From Pseudomonadales bacterium (lineage in GTDB: Bacteria; Pseudomonadota; Gammaproteobacteria; Pseudomonadales; UBA3067), in the NCBI GenBank assembly GCA_016763235.1, contig JAESUE010000045.1, positions 1 through 33,361 on the forward strand: a stretch of DNA of 33,361 bases, in the 5' to 3' direction. The notes below the pieces were generated by a model. That model did not search any database and had not been told where the DNA came from. It saw only the letters and a program-made list of their open reading frames with translations. The position numbers and the translations under genes were made by a program. Below are positions 16,645-25,959 of this stretch, piece after piece (the first letter of the stretch is position 1; each line of letters opens with the position of its first letter).

Positions 16645-16768
16645 ATAAATCCGCCTTTGACTCATGCTTTAACCAATTTCTTGGTACTACATGATGCAGA
16701 AATAAATCACTGAAAACACCTATATCAGCCTTCATGTCGTCTTTTCGTTCCCCAGAAATGAGGACACT

Positions 16769-17647
16769 TTACACCCCCCACAATACAAAAATTGAAGCGA
16801 TAGAAATCGATATAAGTCCTAGTATATCTTTCCTTGCAAACCCACTTTTCAACCAATAAACTGCTATAAAAAGGGTGAAGAACACTTCAACCTGACCAAG
16901 CGTTTTAACGTAGGGAACAGCCTGGATCGACATGGCCGTATACCACCCGATTGACCCTAGACAACTCGATATCCCCGTTAACAACACCCGCTTTCGCTGG
17001 TTAAAAAGCGCTATAAATTCCCGCTTATTTGTACCTAATAAATAGGCGGAGAGTAAAACAGTTTGTACGCACGTTACAAATAACAACAGCCAAGCTGCAC
17101 TGTGCGTATAAGGTAACGCCAAACTTAAGCTGGCCTCTCTCACCCATAGAGAGGTCAGTGCAAAACAGCCTCCGCATAACAAGCCGACAACAATGACCTT
17201 AGAAGAAAACCCCGAATAGCTTTTTTTGCTCCCCATTATAAAAACAGCAACAGCGCCCACTGTAACACCAGCCCAACCGAGCAATGATAAGGACGTGCTA
17301 AACCAAATACCTCCCAGTATTGCCGCAATAAGCACCTCACTTTTAGCAAGGCCAGCCCCAACGACATAACCTTTAAACTTAAACAGCATGACCATCAACG
17401 CTGTGGCAATGATCTGCATGCCCGCTGCACCTAGTCCATAGAGAATAAACTCATCGGTCAATGCAAAAACCACCCTCTGTGGATGGTATACATTAAGCAT
17501 TACCAGGTACGCTGCGGCTATTGGCCCAGCAAACCGAAACCGAGCAAGAGTGACACCAACAACCCCAACATCCTTGCTCAATTGGGCTTGAAAGACATTT
17601 CGCCAAGCCTGCATAAAAGCTGCAAATAAGGTAAAAAACACCCACAT
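16769..17647 (-). CDS. EamA/DMT-superfamily transporter
   Basis: The 292-aa ORF is highly hydrophobic, with about 10 predicted TM segments in two EamA-like halves. A GAGG Shine-Dalgarno lies upstream. Confidence 0.8.
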   Translation of the reverse strand: MWVFFTLFAAFMQAWRNVFQAQLSKDVGVVGVTLARFRFAGPIAAAYLVMLNVYHPQRVVFALTDEFILYGLGAAGMQIIATALMVMLFKFKGYVVGAGLAKSEVLIAAILGGIWFSTSLSLLGWAGVTVGAVAVFIMGSKKSYSGFSSKVIVVGLLCGGCFALTSLWVREASLSLALPYTHSAAWLLLFVTCVQTVLLSAYLLGTNKREFIALFNQRKRVLLTGISSCLGSIGWYTAMSIQAVPYVKTLGQVEVFFTLFIAVYWLKSGFARKDILGLISISIASIFVLWGV

Positions 17648-17838
17648 CAGAACAACCTCAAAATAGGATAATTTAGCTATTTGTCATTTTTCAGGCACAC
17701 AGACACCAGCAAGCTTAAGCTTGCGAATACCAGCAAAAAAATGAGGATTTTATTGTTTATAAAAGGACAAGAAATCAGATGAGAACTGCGCAGAAAGAAG
17801 TCGGGCAGAGAAACCCAACTTCTCTATGGGTGCTGGAG

Positions 17839-18864
17839 TTATTTTAAATATTTCTCAATCAACAACTCTGCAATCTGCACACTATTTAGTGCAGCACCTT
17901 TACGGACATTATCAGCCACTACCCAAAGATCAAGGCCGTTTTCACAGGAAATATCTTCACGAATACGGCCGACAAAAACAGGGTCTTTACCAGCCGAATC
18001 AGTAATCGCGGTAGGATAACCGCCGTCTTCATGTTTATCAATAACCACGACGCCTTCAGCCTTTTCTAACAAAGCGCGAGCCTCTGCAGCGGTGATTTTT
18101 TCTTTGGTTTCGATATGCAAAGCTTCAGAGTGACAATAAAAAACCGGCACTCGTACACACGTTGGATTCACTTTAATGCTGTCGTCTTCGAAAATCTTAT
18201 TGGTCTCCCAAACCATTTTCATTTCTTCACGGGTATAGCCATTATCCTGAAATATATCGATGTGGGGCAATACATTAAAGGCGATTTGCTTTGGATACAC
18301 ATTGCACTCTACTTCTTGTCCATTCATTAAACGCGCTGCCTGCCCAGCCAGTTCGTCAATGGCATTTTTTCCTGTGCCTGCTACAGACTGATAGGTCGCA
18401 ACGTTAATGCGCGTAATACCCACCGCTTTATGAATGGGGTTCAAGGCCACCAACATTTGAGTCGTAGAGCAATTGGGGTTTGCAATAATATTTCGCTGCG
18501 TATAGCCAGCCAAGGCATGCGCGTTCACTTCGGGTATGATCAGTGGAATATCATCATCGTTACGAAAGTGAGAGGTGTTATCTATTACCACACAACCTGC
18601 CGCCGCAGCTTTAGGTGCATACTCTTCAGAAACAGAACCCCCTGCGGAAAAAATACCAATGTCCGCTTTTGAAAAATCAAAGTCTTCGAGGTTCTGCACC
18701 ACAAGCTTTTTATTTTTATAAAGAATTTCATTGCCTGCGGAGCGACTGCTTGCCAATGCATAAAGATTTTCAATGGGGAAATTCCGCTCTTCGAGGATGG
18801 AAATCATGGCCTCGCCCACTGCGCCAGTGGCACCTACAACTGCGACGTTATATTTTTTACTCAT
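17839..18864 (-). CDS. asd: Aspartate-semialdehyde dehydrogenase (short, USG-1-related branch)
   Basis: The 341-aa ORF has VGATGAVG NAD(P) binding and the active-site NCSTTQ. It sits immediately downstream of leuB, as in Pseudomonas-type leuCDB-asd clusters. A GAGGAA Shine-Dalgarno lies upstream. Confidence 0.85.
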   Translation of the reverse strand: MSKKYNVAVVGATGAVGEAMISILEERNFPIENLYALASSRSAGNEILYKNKKLVVQNLEDFDFSKADIGIFSAGGSVSEEYAPKAAAAGCVVIDNTSHFRNDDDIPLIIPEVNAHALAGYTQRNIIANPNCSTTQMLVALNPIHKAVGITRINVATYQSVAGTGKNAIDELAGQAARLMNGQEVECNVYPKQIAFNVLPHIDIFQDNGYTREEMKMVWETNKIFEDDSIKVNPTCVRVPVFYCHSEALHIETKEKITAAEARALLEKAEGVVVIDKHEDGGYPTAITDSAGKDPVFVGRIREDISCENGLDLWVVADNVRKGAALNSVQIAELLIEKYLK

Positions 18865-18882
18865 TTTAATTCCTCGATTAGT

Positions 18883-19962
18883 TTAATTTTGCAGTGCGGC
18901 TAATACCGCCTGCCCCATTTGTTCAGTAGAGACTTTCTCTGTCCCTTCGGCATAAATATCTGGTGTACGAAGGCCTAAATCCAAAACCGTGCTCACTGCT
19001 TTTTCGATATCATCTGCTGCTTCGCTGCTTCCTAAGGAATATCGCAACATCATCGCAACAGAAAGAATGGTTGCCAGTGGGTTAGCAATTCCCTGACCAG
19101 CGATATCTGGTGCCGAGCCGTGACAAGGCTCGTACATGCCCTGCCCTTGCGAGTTTAATGAAGCAGAAGGAAGCATACCAATGGAGCCGGTCAACATGGC
19201 TGCTGCATCAGAGAGTATATCGCCGAACATATTCCCCGTTACAATAACGTCAAACTGTTTGGGCGCACGCACAAGCTGCATGGCTGCGTTGTCCACATAC
19301 ATGTGGCTAAGTTCTACTTCAGGATAGTCTTTCGACAAAGTCTCCATTACTTCCCGCCACAACTCCGTCACCTCTAACACATTGGCTTTATCCACTGAGC
19401 AAACGCGCTTATCACGCTTCATCGCCATTTCAAATGCGACACGTCCGATACGCACTATTTCAGATTCTTTATAACGGTAGGTGTTAAACCCTTCTCGCTC
19501 GCCATTTTCCAGAATGCGCACACCGCGAGGCTGGCCGAAATAAATGCCACCGGTAAGCTCCCTTACGATGAGGATATCTAAGCCAGCAACCACTTCAGGC
19601 TTTAGACTAGAGGCTGAAGCTAATTGCGGATAAAGAATCGCTGGGCGCAGGTTGCCGAAAAGATCCATGCTGGAACGTATGCCGAGTAAGCCTTTTTCAG
19701 GCCTGATGGACATATCCAGTGATTCCCACTTTGGGCCGCCGACAGCACCCAGCAAAATAGCGGCACTTTCTTTCGCTTTATTGATTGTTTCTTCTGGCAG
19801 GGGCTGGCCGGTGGCGTCAATCGCCGCTCCGCCAATAAGTGCTTCATCAAGCTCCAGTTGAAGTTTGTGCTTTTCATTCACCAATGACAGTACCGCTTTC
19901 GCTTGCCCAACGATTTCAGGGCCAATGCCATCACCTGGAAGGATTAAAACTTTTTTATTCAT
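18883..19962 (-). CDS. leuB: 3-isopropylmalate dehydrogenase
   Basis: The 359-aa ORF shows [24 protein letters not shown] and GDILSD signatures. Confidence 0.97.
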   Translation of the reverse strand: MNKKVLILPGDGIGPEIVGQAKAVLSLVNEKHKLQLELDEALIGGAAIDATGQPLPEETINKAKESAAILLGAVGGPKWESLDMSIRPEKGLLGIRSSMDLFGNLRPAILYPQLASASSLKPEVVAGLDILIVRELTGGIYFGQPRGVRILENGEREGFNTYRYKESEIVRIGRVAFEMAMKRDKRVCSVDKANVLEVTELWREVMETLSKDYPEVELSHMYVDNAAMQLVRAPKQFDVIVTGNMFGDILSDAAAMLTGSIGMLPSASLNSQGQGMYEPCHGSAPDIAGQGIANPLATILSVAMMLRYSLGSSEAADDIEKAVSTVLDLGLRTPDIYAEGTEKVSTEQMGQAVLAALQN

Positions 19963-19994
19963 CGATATTACCTATAAAGAATGCAACTATTTAG

Positions 19995-20042
19995 GTGGCT
20001 ATTTAGCTCACGCTCAAATTTGAACGCCATCAGAATAGCCAC
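19995..20042. repeat. 48-bp hairpin unit of the GTAAC family, GTGGC...GCCAC terminal variant (copy g), inside the leu operon
   Basis: The sequence gtggctatttagctcacgctcaaatttgaacgccatcagaatagccac shares the tcacgctcaaattt core with copies c and h. It lies in the 110-bp leuD-leuB spacer. I see no TSD. Confidence 0.75.
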
Positions 20043-20072
20043 TAACAAATAATTAAAAATAAAGAGCGCGTA

Positions 20073-20720
20073 CTACTTAATGACATCAAACAACCAAGGA
20101 GATTTCTCTTTGCGTTTTGCTTCGTAGCTACGAATAAGGTCTGCGTCATCAAGCGTTAATCCTATATCATCCAAGCCATTCAGCAGACAATGCTTTCGGA
20201 ACTCGTCTACGTCAAAAGAAAAGCTTTCGCCCGATAGGGTTTTCACAGTCTGAGAGGCCAGATCAACATCTAGCGTATAACCCTCTGTCGCAAATGTTTC
20301 CTCGAATAACTGGTTAACAACTTTCTCATTAAGAATAACGGGAAGGATGCCGTTTTTAAAACAGTTATTAAAGAAAATATCGGCATAACTTGGCGCAATC
20401 ACACAACGAAATCCGTAATCCAACAAGGCCCAAGGAGCGTGCTCTCGGCTTGATCCACAACCGAAATTCTGTCTCGCCAACAATATTTCTACGCCCTGAT
20501 AACGTTCGTTGTTTAAAATGAAATCAGGGTTAAGCGGACGATGAGTACAATCCTCCCCTGGTTTACCTTCATCCATATAACGCCACTCATCGAACAGATT
20601 GGGGCCAAAGCCAGTGCGTTTAATCGATTTTAAAAACTGTTTGGGAATGACTTGGTCTGTATCCACATTCGCCCGATCAAGGGGCGCGACAAGTGCATTA
20701 AGGCTGGTAAACTTTTCCAT
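20073..20720 (-). CDS. leuD: 3-isopropylmalate dehydratase small subunit
   Basis: The 215-aa ORF has typical LeuD motifs ([24 protein letters not shown]). A GAGGAG Shine-Dalgarno lies upstream. Confidence 0.97.
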   Translation of the reverse strand: MEKFTSLNALVAPLDRANVDTDQVIPKQFLKSIKRTGFGPNLFDEWRYMDEGKPGEDCTHRPLNPDFILNNERYQGVEILLARQNFGCGSSREHAPWALLDYGFRCVIAPSYADIFFNNCFKNGILPVILNEKVVNQLFEETFATEGYTLDVDLASQTVKTLSGESFSFDVDEFRKHCLLNGLDDIGLTLDDADLIRSYEAKRKEKSPWLFDVIK

Positions 20721-20744
20721 GATTCAGGTGCTCCTCTTGATGTA

Positions 20745-22175
20745 TTAAGCTGACTGTTTACGAACAAAATCACGCACGTCAACGAAGTGACCGGCAATCG
20801 CTGCGGCGGCGGCCATTGCTGGGCTAACAAGATGAGTCCGCCCTCCTTGCCCTTGCCGCCCTTCAAAATTACGGTTGGATGTAGAAGCGCAGTGCTCCCC
20901 ATCACCCAGTTTATCTGCATTCATCGCCAAACACATAGAGCAACCCGGTTCACGCCACTGAAACCCCGCTGCTAAAAAAACTTTATCTAGCCCTTCTTTT
21001 TCTGCCTGCTTCTTCACCAGCCCCGAACCGGGCACAACCATGGCTTGTTTAATGCTGCTGGCTACTTGGTTTCCCTTTGCCACCTCTGCGGCTGCTCGCA
21101 GGTCTTCAATGCGGGAATTAGTGCATGAGCCAATAAATACACGATCCAATTTAATATCGGTAATGGCAAGGCCTTTTTTGTAATCCATATAGTGATATGC
21201 CCGCTCCATTCCTTCGCGTTTCACGGGGTCTGTCTCGTCTTCAGGAGATGGGATCATCGCATCTACTGCCACCACCATTTCAGGGGAGGTTCCCCAAGTC
21301 ACTTGCGGTTTTATATCGGCAGCGTTTAGTTTTACGATATTATCGAAAAATGCACCTTCATCTGTTTTTAATTCGCGCCACTGGCTTACGGCTTGCTCCC
21401 ACTGATCTTCTTTGGGGCCGTAGGGCCGATTTTTCAGGTATTCCAAAGTGGTATTATCAAAAGCGACAAGCCCGCTTCTCGCCCCTCCTTCAATGGCCAT
21501 ATTACAGACTGTCATCCGGCCTTCCATACTCAGTGATTCGATAGCAGAACCAGCGAACTCAATGGCATAACCGGTGCCTCCTGCAGTGCCTATTTTACCA
21601 ATAATGGCCAGAATAATATCTTTAGCAGTAACACCAAAAGGTATCTCTCCATTAACTTCCACACGCATATTTTTCATTTTGCGCTGAATTAAACATTGCG
21701 TGGCAAGCACATGCTCAACTTCTGAAGTACCAATGCCGTGAGCAAGGGTTGCAAAAGCCCCGTGGGTGGCCGTATGCGAGTCACCACATACAACTGTTGT
21801 ACCCGGCAAGGTTACGCCCTGCTCTGGGCCAATAACGTGAACAATACCTTGCCGCAAATCACCCATTTTAAACTCCACAATGCCGAATTTATCGCAGTTT
21901 GCATCGAGAGTTTCAATTTGAATTCGTGAAACAGGGTCAGTGATGCCAGCTACACCGTCTTCTTGGTTTTCTGTGGGCACATTATGGTCAGGTGTTGCCA
22001 GGGTTGCATCCAAGCGCCAAGGTTTACGCCCCGCCAATTCCAAACCTTCAAATGCTTGAGGGGATGTCACCTCGTGCAGTAATTGGCGATCGATGTAGAT
22101 CAATGCAGTGCCATCCTCACGTTGCTTAACAACGTGGTCATCCCATAACTTGTCATATAAGGTGCGCGGCTTCAT
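20745..22175 (-). CDS. leuC: 3-isopropylmalate dehydratase large subunit
   Basis: The 476-aa ORF shows aconitase-family signatures ([32 protein letters not shown]). An AGGAG Shine-Dalgarno lies upstream. Confidence 0.97.
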   Translation of the reverse strand: MKPRTLYDKLWDDHVVKQREDGTALIYIDRQLLHEVTSPQAFEGLELAGRKPWRLDATLATPDHNVPTENQEDGVAGITDPVSRIQIETLDANCDKFGIVEFKMGDLRQGIVHVIGPEQGVTLPGTTVVCGDSHTATHGAFATLAHGIGTSEVEHVLATQCLIQRKMKNMRVEVNGEIPFGVTAKDIILAIIGKIGTAGGTGYAIEFAGSAIESLSMEGRMTVCNMAIEGGARSGLVAFDNTTLEYLKNRPYGPKEDQWEQAVSQWRELKTDEGAFFDNIVKLNAADIKPQVTWGTSPEMVVAVDAMIPSPEDETDPVKREGMERAYHYMDYKKGLAITDIKLDRVFIGSCTNSRIEDLRAAAEVAKGNQVASSIKQAMVVPGSGLVKKQAEKEGLDKVFLAAGFQWREPGCSMCLAMNADKLGDGEHCASTSNRNFEGRQGQGGRTHLVSPAMAAAAAIAGHFVDVRDFVRKQSA

Positions 22176-22328
22176 GTACGGCTCCTGTTAAAAGGTAAAA
22201 TAGACTCCCAAAATCAGCACGCTTTTTTACGTCCGATATTAAAGATATCTCCTGCGGTGCAGGTCGAGATTAAAGGCAGTGTAAGGGCTTCGTTCAAATA
22301 AAACAAATTCATATTTTTTATACTTTGG

Positions 22329-22343
22329 ATTCCATATAGGAAT
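22329..22343. promoter_or_regulatory. Candidate LysR-type box (T-N11-A palindrome) in the leuC / LysR divergent region
   Basis: ATTCCatataGGAAT has 5-bp arms and contains TTCC-N5-GGAA, which fits the T-N11-A rule. It lies 68-82 nt upstream of the LysR ATG and ~155 nt upstream of leuC. Confidence 0.35.
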
Positions 22344-22410
22344 GAATTAGAATGTACGAAGAGCACCTTATAGTTACTTTAGAAGTCCCTCATAACTTGC
22401 TGATTTTTTG

Positions 22411-23292
22411 ATGAATATAAATACCGACACACTAAAACTTTTTGTCGCTGCGGCAGAAAACCGATCTTTTACCAAAGCTGGCGACCTATTCTTGTTGACG
22501 CAACCGGCAGTGAGCAAAAGAATTGCACAACTAGAAGAAAACTTGGGCACTCAGTTATTCGATCGCATTGGCCGGCAAATTGTACTCACTGAAGCTGGGG
22601 GAACCCTGTTGCCCCGCGCACGGGAGATGATCAATCGTTTAAATGATATGACTCGCGCTATCGGAAATTTATCTGGCAAGGTGGAGGGAGTGCTTGCCAT
22701 TGGAACAAGTCATCATGTTGGTTTGCACCGGCTTCCGCCTTATTTAAAATCCTATAGCCGCAAATTTCCTCTCGTTAAATTGAATATCAAGTTTATGGAG
22801 TCAGAAGAAATCTATGAGCAGGTGATTCAGGGGAGGCTGGAGTTAGGTATTGTGACGCTACCAGAAAACCCTAACTCTCTGTTACAGACAAAAAGCTTGT
22901 GGGAGGATAAGCTCAGTTTTATGGTGGGAGGCGATCACCCTTTAAACGCCTGCCAGACCATAAGTTTGGATGAACTTCTCGATTATCCGGCAATTTTACC
23001 TGAATCAAAAACGTTCACCCGAAAAATTGTTGAAAACATCGTTTCTGAGCGATCAAAAAAACTGCGCTGCGAACTTTCTACAAATAATCTCGAAACGATT
23101 CGTATGCTTACGAAAATTGGCTTAGGTTGGAGCGTTCTCCCCAACACAATGTCTGAGGCTGGGCTATCGAAGTTAAATATTTTGAATGTAAAAATCAGCA
23201 GGCAACTAGGTATTGTCTTGCATGGGCAGCGAACCCTATCGAACGCTGCAAAAGAAATTTTAAGCTTATTGGAAGCGGAAGCCTCCAATTAA
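22411..23292 (+). CDS. LysR-family transcriptional regulator divergent from leuC
   Basis: The ORF has a wHTH (LKLFVAAAENRSFTKAGDLFLLTQPAVSKRIAQLE). The tracked start at 22408 is TTG, and the adjacent ATG at 22411 is more likely. Confidence 0.9.
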   Translation: MNINTDTLKLFVAAAENRSFTKAGDLFLLTQPAVSKRIAQLEENLGTQLFDRIGRQIVLTEAGGTLLPRAREMINRLNDMTRAIGNLSGKVEGVLAIGTSHHVGLHRLPPYLKSYSRKFPLVKLNIKFMESEEIYEQVIQGRLELGIVTLPENPNSLLQTKSLWEDKLSFMVGGDHPLNACQTISLDELLDYPAILPESKTFTRKIVENIVSERSKKLRCELSTNNLETIRMLTKIGLGWSVLPNTMSEAGLSKLNILNVKISRQLGIVLHGQRTLSNAAKEILSLLEAEASN

Positions 23293-23377
23293 CAATACAC
23301 CAGCACTAATCGTTCGGTGATAGCTAGCAAGTGATGAGAGTCAAAGAACCCCGCGAGTCCTCAAGAAAACCTCAAGA

Positions 23378-23545
23378 TTAGGCATCTTCATCGCTAGTAA
23401 CATTCCTACGGCTACCACTCTTTCTGCGGTCAGCCTCGTTATCAAACTGATCTGCATTACTTGCTTGTCTTCTATCGGACACCTTCCTTTCTTCTAGCTT
23501 GTCGGAAAGTTGCTCAATTATTTTATTAACTTTTTTAGTTTCCAT
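23378..23545 (-). CDS. Small hydrophilic hypothetical protein (55 aa), not in the supplied ORF track
   Basis: My hand translation gives METKKVNKIIEQLSDKLEERKVSDRRQASNADQFDNEADRRKSGSRRNVTSDEDA*. An AAGGA Shine-Dalgarno lies 9 nt upstream of the ATG at 23545. The protein is charged and low-complexity, and I recognise no family. Confidence 0.45.
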   Translation of the reverse strand: METKKVNKIIEQLSDKLEERKVSDRRQASNADQFDNEADRRKSGSRRNVTSDEDA

Positions 23546-23866
23546 AAATAAAATCCTTTATGTGCTATTCGGGTATTTCAAGACTCACAGAAGAGCATTA
23601 TAAAACACAAAAAACGTGATGCACATCACATTATTATGATGCGCCCTGAATTTCTTATGCCTAAAAGCGACACGAAATTCAAAACCAACACACCTTGGCC
23701 CTCAATGCTGTGAATATCAGCCTTTAAAACCTACCTTCATTACTTTCCTGCAGCCTTAAACTCTATGAGCAATTAATCTCCCATAAAGTTCCCACTTTAT
23801 ACGAAATTAAACACCACGGCCTGCCCCTCGTATCCAATGCCACTTTCAAACTATTCAATTAACGGC

Positions 23867-23934
23867 GTAACTATTCAGCTCACGCTCAAATTTGACCGCA
23901 ATCTGAACTCTTACAGGGTTCGCTGAGTCGTTAC
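23867..23934 (-). mobile_element. MITE-like repeat, 68-bp form (copy h)
   Basis: The sequence is gtaactattcagctcacgctcaaatttgaccgcaatctgaactcttacagggttcgctgagtcgttac. It equals the 141-bp form minus the ~73-bp segment between the two AATTTGAGC direct repeats. The flanking 8-mers TTAACGGC and GTAACAGC match 6 of 8. Confidence 0.8.
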
Positions 23935-24298
23935 GTAACAGCCTGTCTGCATAACAAGCAGCCAAGGGGATTCCCAAAGATTCTAGACCAAAAACCCCTA
24001 TTCGCCAGCTCTAGGGAAGCCATTTTTGTAACAAATAGTGAAAAAATGTTCTTCCTCATAGCAAATACCGTTACGAGAAAAGCACCAAAAAAAGTGAAAT
24101 AATACTAAAATAATTTTTACCTCATTGTTTTATCTGGGGTTTTAAAAGGTAATTAAAAACAATTAACGCCTTCTCTACAAAGCCCCCACACCCTATCTAC
24201 AGCTTATCCACAGGCACTGATTTGCGCACTTTAAAAATCAGATATACATTCATGCCCAAGCTATCAAGCAAGGTATAGAAACCAGCAAGGGATATGTC

Positions 24299-24538
24299 AT
24301 GGAAATACAAAAGCGAGGGGGAAAAGCAGTGAACGAGGAAAAGACCAGCACAAAGGAATCCGAAGAGATATTAATCGCCCTAGATCAAGTAGAGCAAACG
24401 ATAGAGGTTATGTGTGACACGCTAGTCAGGCTAAAAGAAAAGGTTAATATGCATCTGGGGAACGTTGATGAATACAGCGAAAAATTAGCGCAAATGAGCC
24501 TTGAGGAATCTGTTGCGCCAAAAAAGACCATGCATTAA
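24299..24538 (+). CDS. Hypothetical acidic, probably coiled-coil protein (79 aa)
   Basis: The ORF has an AAGGGA Shine-Dalgarno 6 nt upstream. I recognise no motif. It lies in a gene-poor interval bounded by two repeat copies. Confidence 0.45.
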   Translation: MEIQKRGGKAVNEEKTSTKESEEILIALDQVEQTIEVMCDTLVRLKEKVNMHLGNVDEYSEKLAQMSLEESVAPKKTMH

Positions 24539-24594
24539 GCGAAAGTTCAATGCGTCAATTAAGCTTAGCAAAAGGAGGCTCTCCTCCCGCCTAG

Positions 24595-24641
24595 GTAACT
24601 GTTCAGCTTGCGTTCGAATTAAGCGTAAGCTGAACAGTTAC
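24595..24641. repeat. 47-bp near-perfect hairpin unit of the GTAAC family (copy i)
   Basis: The sequence gtaactgttcagcttgcgttcgaattaagcgtaagctgaacagttac sits between the convergent 79-aa ORF and fabV, 17 nt from the fabV stop. I see no TSD. Confidence 0.8.
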
Positions 24642-24658
24642 AAATCAAACAAGCCAGT

Positions 24659-25852
24659 CTAAACGAGGTTGTTAATCGCAACCGCTGTATTAACATCAGC
24701 ATCGTAATCAACGCCGTCCATGCTGAACCCGAAAAGTTTCAGGAATTCTTCCTTATAACCGACAAAGTCGGTTAATTCATCGATATTTTCAGAGCTGCAT
24801 TGCCCCCATAACTTTTGAACTTCTAACTGCACTTCGTCACGCAGTTCTGGGCCGTCCATGCGGTAACGGTTTCTATCGTCAAGTTCTTTACTATCTGCAC
24901 CATACAGTTTGTCATGGAACAAACCATACACTTGCTCAATACAACCTTCGTGGCCACCCTTTTCCTTCATCACCTTGAATAGCAGGGAGAGGTACAAGGG
25001 CATAAGAGGAATAGCGGAGCTGGCTTGCGTCACTACGGCTTTTAATACACAGACATTGGCGGTGCCGTTGATGCTGGAAAGTTTTTGAGTTAGCGCAGCG
25101 GCGGTTTGATCAAGGTGTTCCTTGGCATGGCCGATGGTTGCATCTTTGTAGATTGGCCAGGTTAACTTCTCACCAATATAGGTATAAGCCACGGTTTTAC
25201 AGCCTTCTGCCAAAACACCTGCATCCTCCAAGGCATCTATCCACAATGCCCAATCTTCCCCTCCCATAACTTTAATGGTGTCATCAATTTCTTGTTGCGA
25301 AGCCGACTCCAGCGTCACCTCCTTAATGATTTTCTTATCGGTATCAAGGGTTGTTCCTGAATACGACTCGCCTACCGCTTTCAAGGTTGATTTGTAAACG
25401 TCGCCGGTAATAGGATCTGTGCGGCGAGGAGCAGCCAGGCTGTAGACCACTAGGTCAACCTGCTCAAAATCGGCTTTAATAGTGGCAATTACCTTGTCTT
25501 TTATATCCTGAGCAAAAGCGTCGCCATTGATATTCTTTGCGTAAAGGCCCTTAGCCTCTGCCGCTGTTGTAAACGCTGCTGTATTGTACCAACCGGCGCT
25601 TGCAGGACGTTTGACAGAAGCTTCTTTCTCAAAAAACACCCCCAGTGTAGCGGCATCGCTGCCAAACGCTGCGCTGATGCGAGAAGCAAGCCCATAACCG
25701 GTGGATGAACCTATAACCAAAACTTTTTTAGGGCCCGCTCTAACGACACCGTGATCCTGTACATATTTAATTTGTTCATTCACATGGGCTTCACAACCAA
25801 CAGGATGGGAAGTCGTGCATACAAAGCCTTTAATTTTGGGTTTAATAATCAT
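24659..25852 (-). CDS. fabV: NADH-dependent trans-2-enoyl-ACP/CoA reductase FabV
   Basis: The 397-aa ORF has the characteristic FabV N-terminus [24 protein letters not shown] and [11 protein letters not shown]. Length and pattern match the FabV/TER family. Confidence 0.93.
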   Translation of the reverse strand: MIIKPKIKGFVCTTSHPVGCEAHVNEQIKYVQDHGVVRAGPKKVLVIGSSTGYGLASRISAAFGSDAATLGVFFEKEASVKRPASAGWYNTAAFTTAAEAKGLYAKNINGDAFAQDIKDKVIATIKADFEQVDLVVYSLAAPRRTDPITGDVYKSTLKAVGESYSGTTLDTDKKIIKEVTLESASQQEIDDTIKVMGGEDWALWIDALEDAGVLAEGCKTVAYTYIGEKLTWPIYKDATIGHAKEHLDQTAAALTQKLSSINGTANVCVLKAVVTQASSAIPLMPLYLSLLFKVMKEKGGHEGCIEQVYGLFHDKLYGADSKELDDRNRYRMDGPELRDEVQLEVQKLWGQCSSENIDELTDFVGYKEEFLKLFGFSMDGVDYDADVNTAVAINNLV

Positions 25853-25883
25853 TAAATTCTATTACCTTTTTGTCGTTAGTTAC

Positions 25884-25895
25884 TTCCATATGGAA
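25884..25895. promoter_or_regulatory. Perfect 12-bp palindrome TTCCATATGGAA upstream of fabV (possible operator)
   Basis: It lies 32-43 nt upstream of the fabV ATG. It resembles the ATTCCATATAGGAAT palindrome at 22329. No binding protein can be assigned from the sequence. Confidence 0.25.
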
Positions 25896-25959
25896 TGCCT
25901 TACTTTTAGTCAGAATGAATAATAAAAGAGCACAAGGCACATTACCACTTCATTAGCCT

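Noticed and set aside
22214-22312. A candidate leu leader peptide on the minus strand upstream of leuC (MNLFYLNEALTLPLISTCTAGDIFNIGRKKAC, 5 Leu in the first 14 codons), plus an imperfect hairpin at about 22247-22272.
   Set aside because: The Leu codons are scattered and heterogeneous rather than a tandem run. The ORF has no Shine-Dalgarno, and I could not find an alternative terminator/antiterminator pair or a U-tract terminator before leuC. Control by the divergent LysR-type regulator is the more economical reading.
24204-24212. A perfect DnaA box TTATCCACA in the gene-poor interval.
   Set aside because: It is a single isolated 9-mer with no cluster of boxes, AT-rich unwinding repeats or dnaA/gidA/mioC context. 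One such match in ~67 kb of two-strand sequence is plausible by chance.
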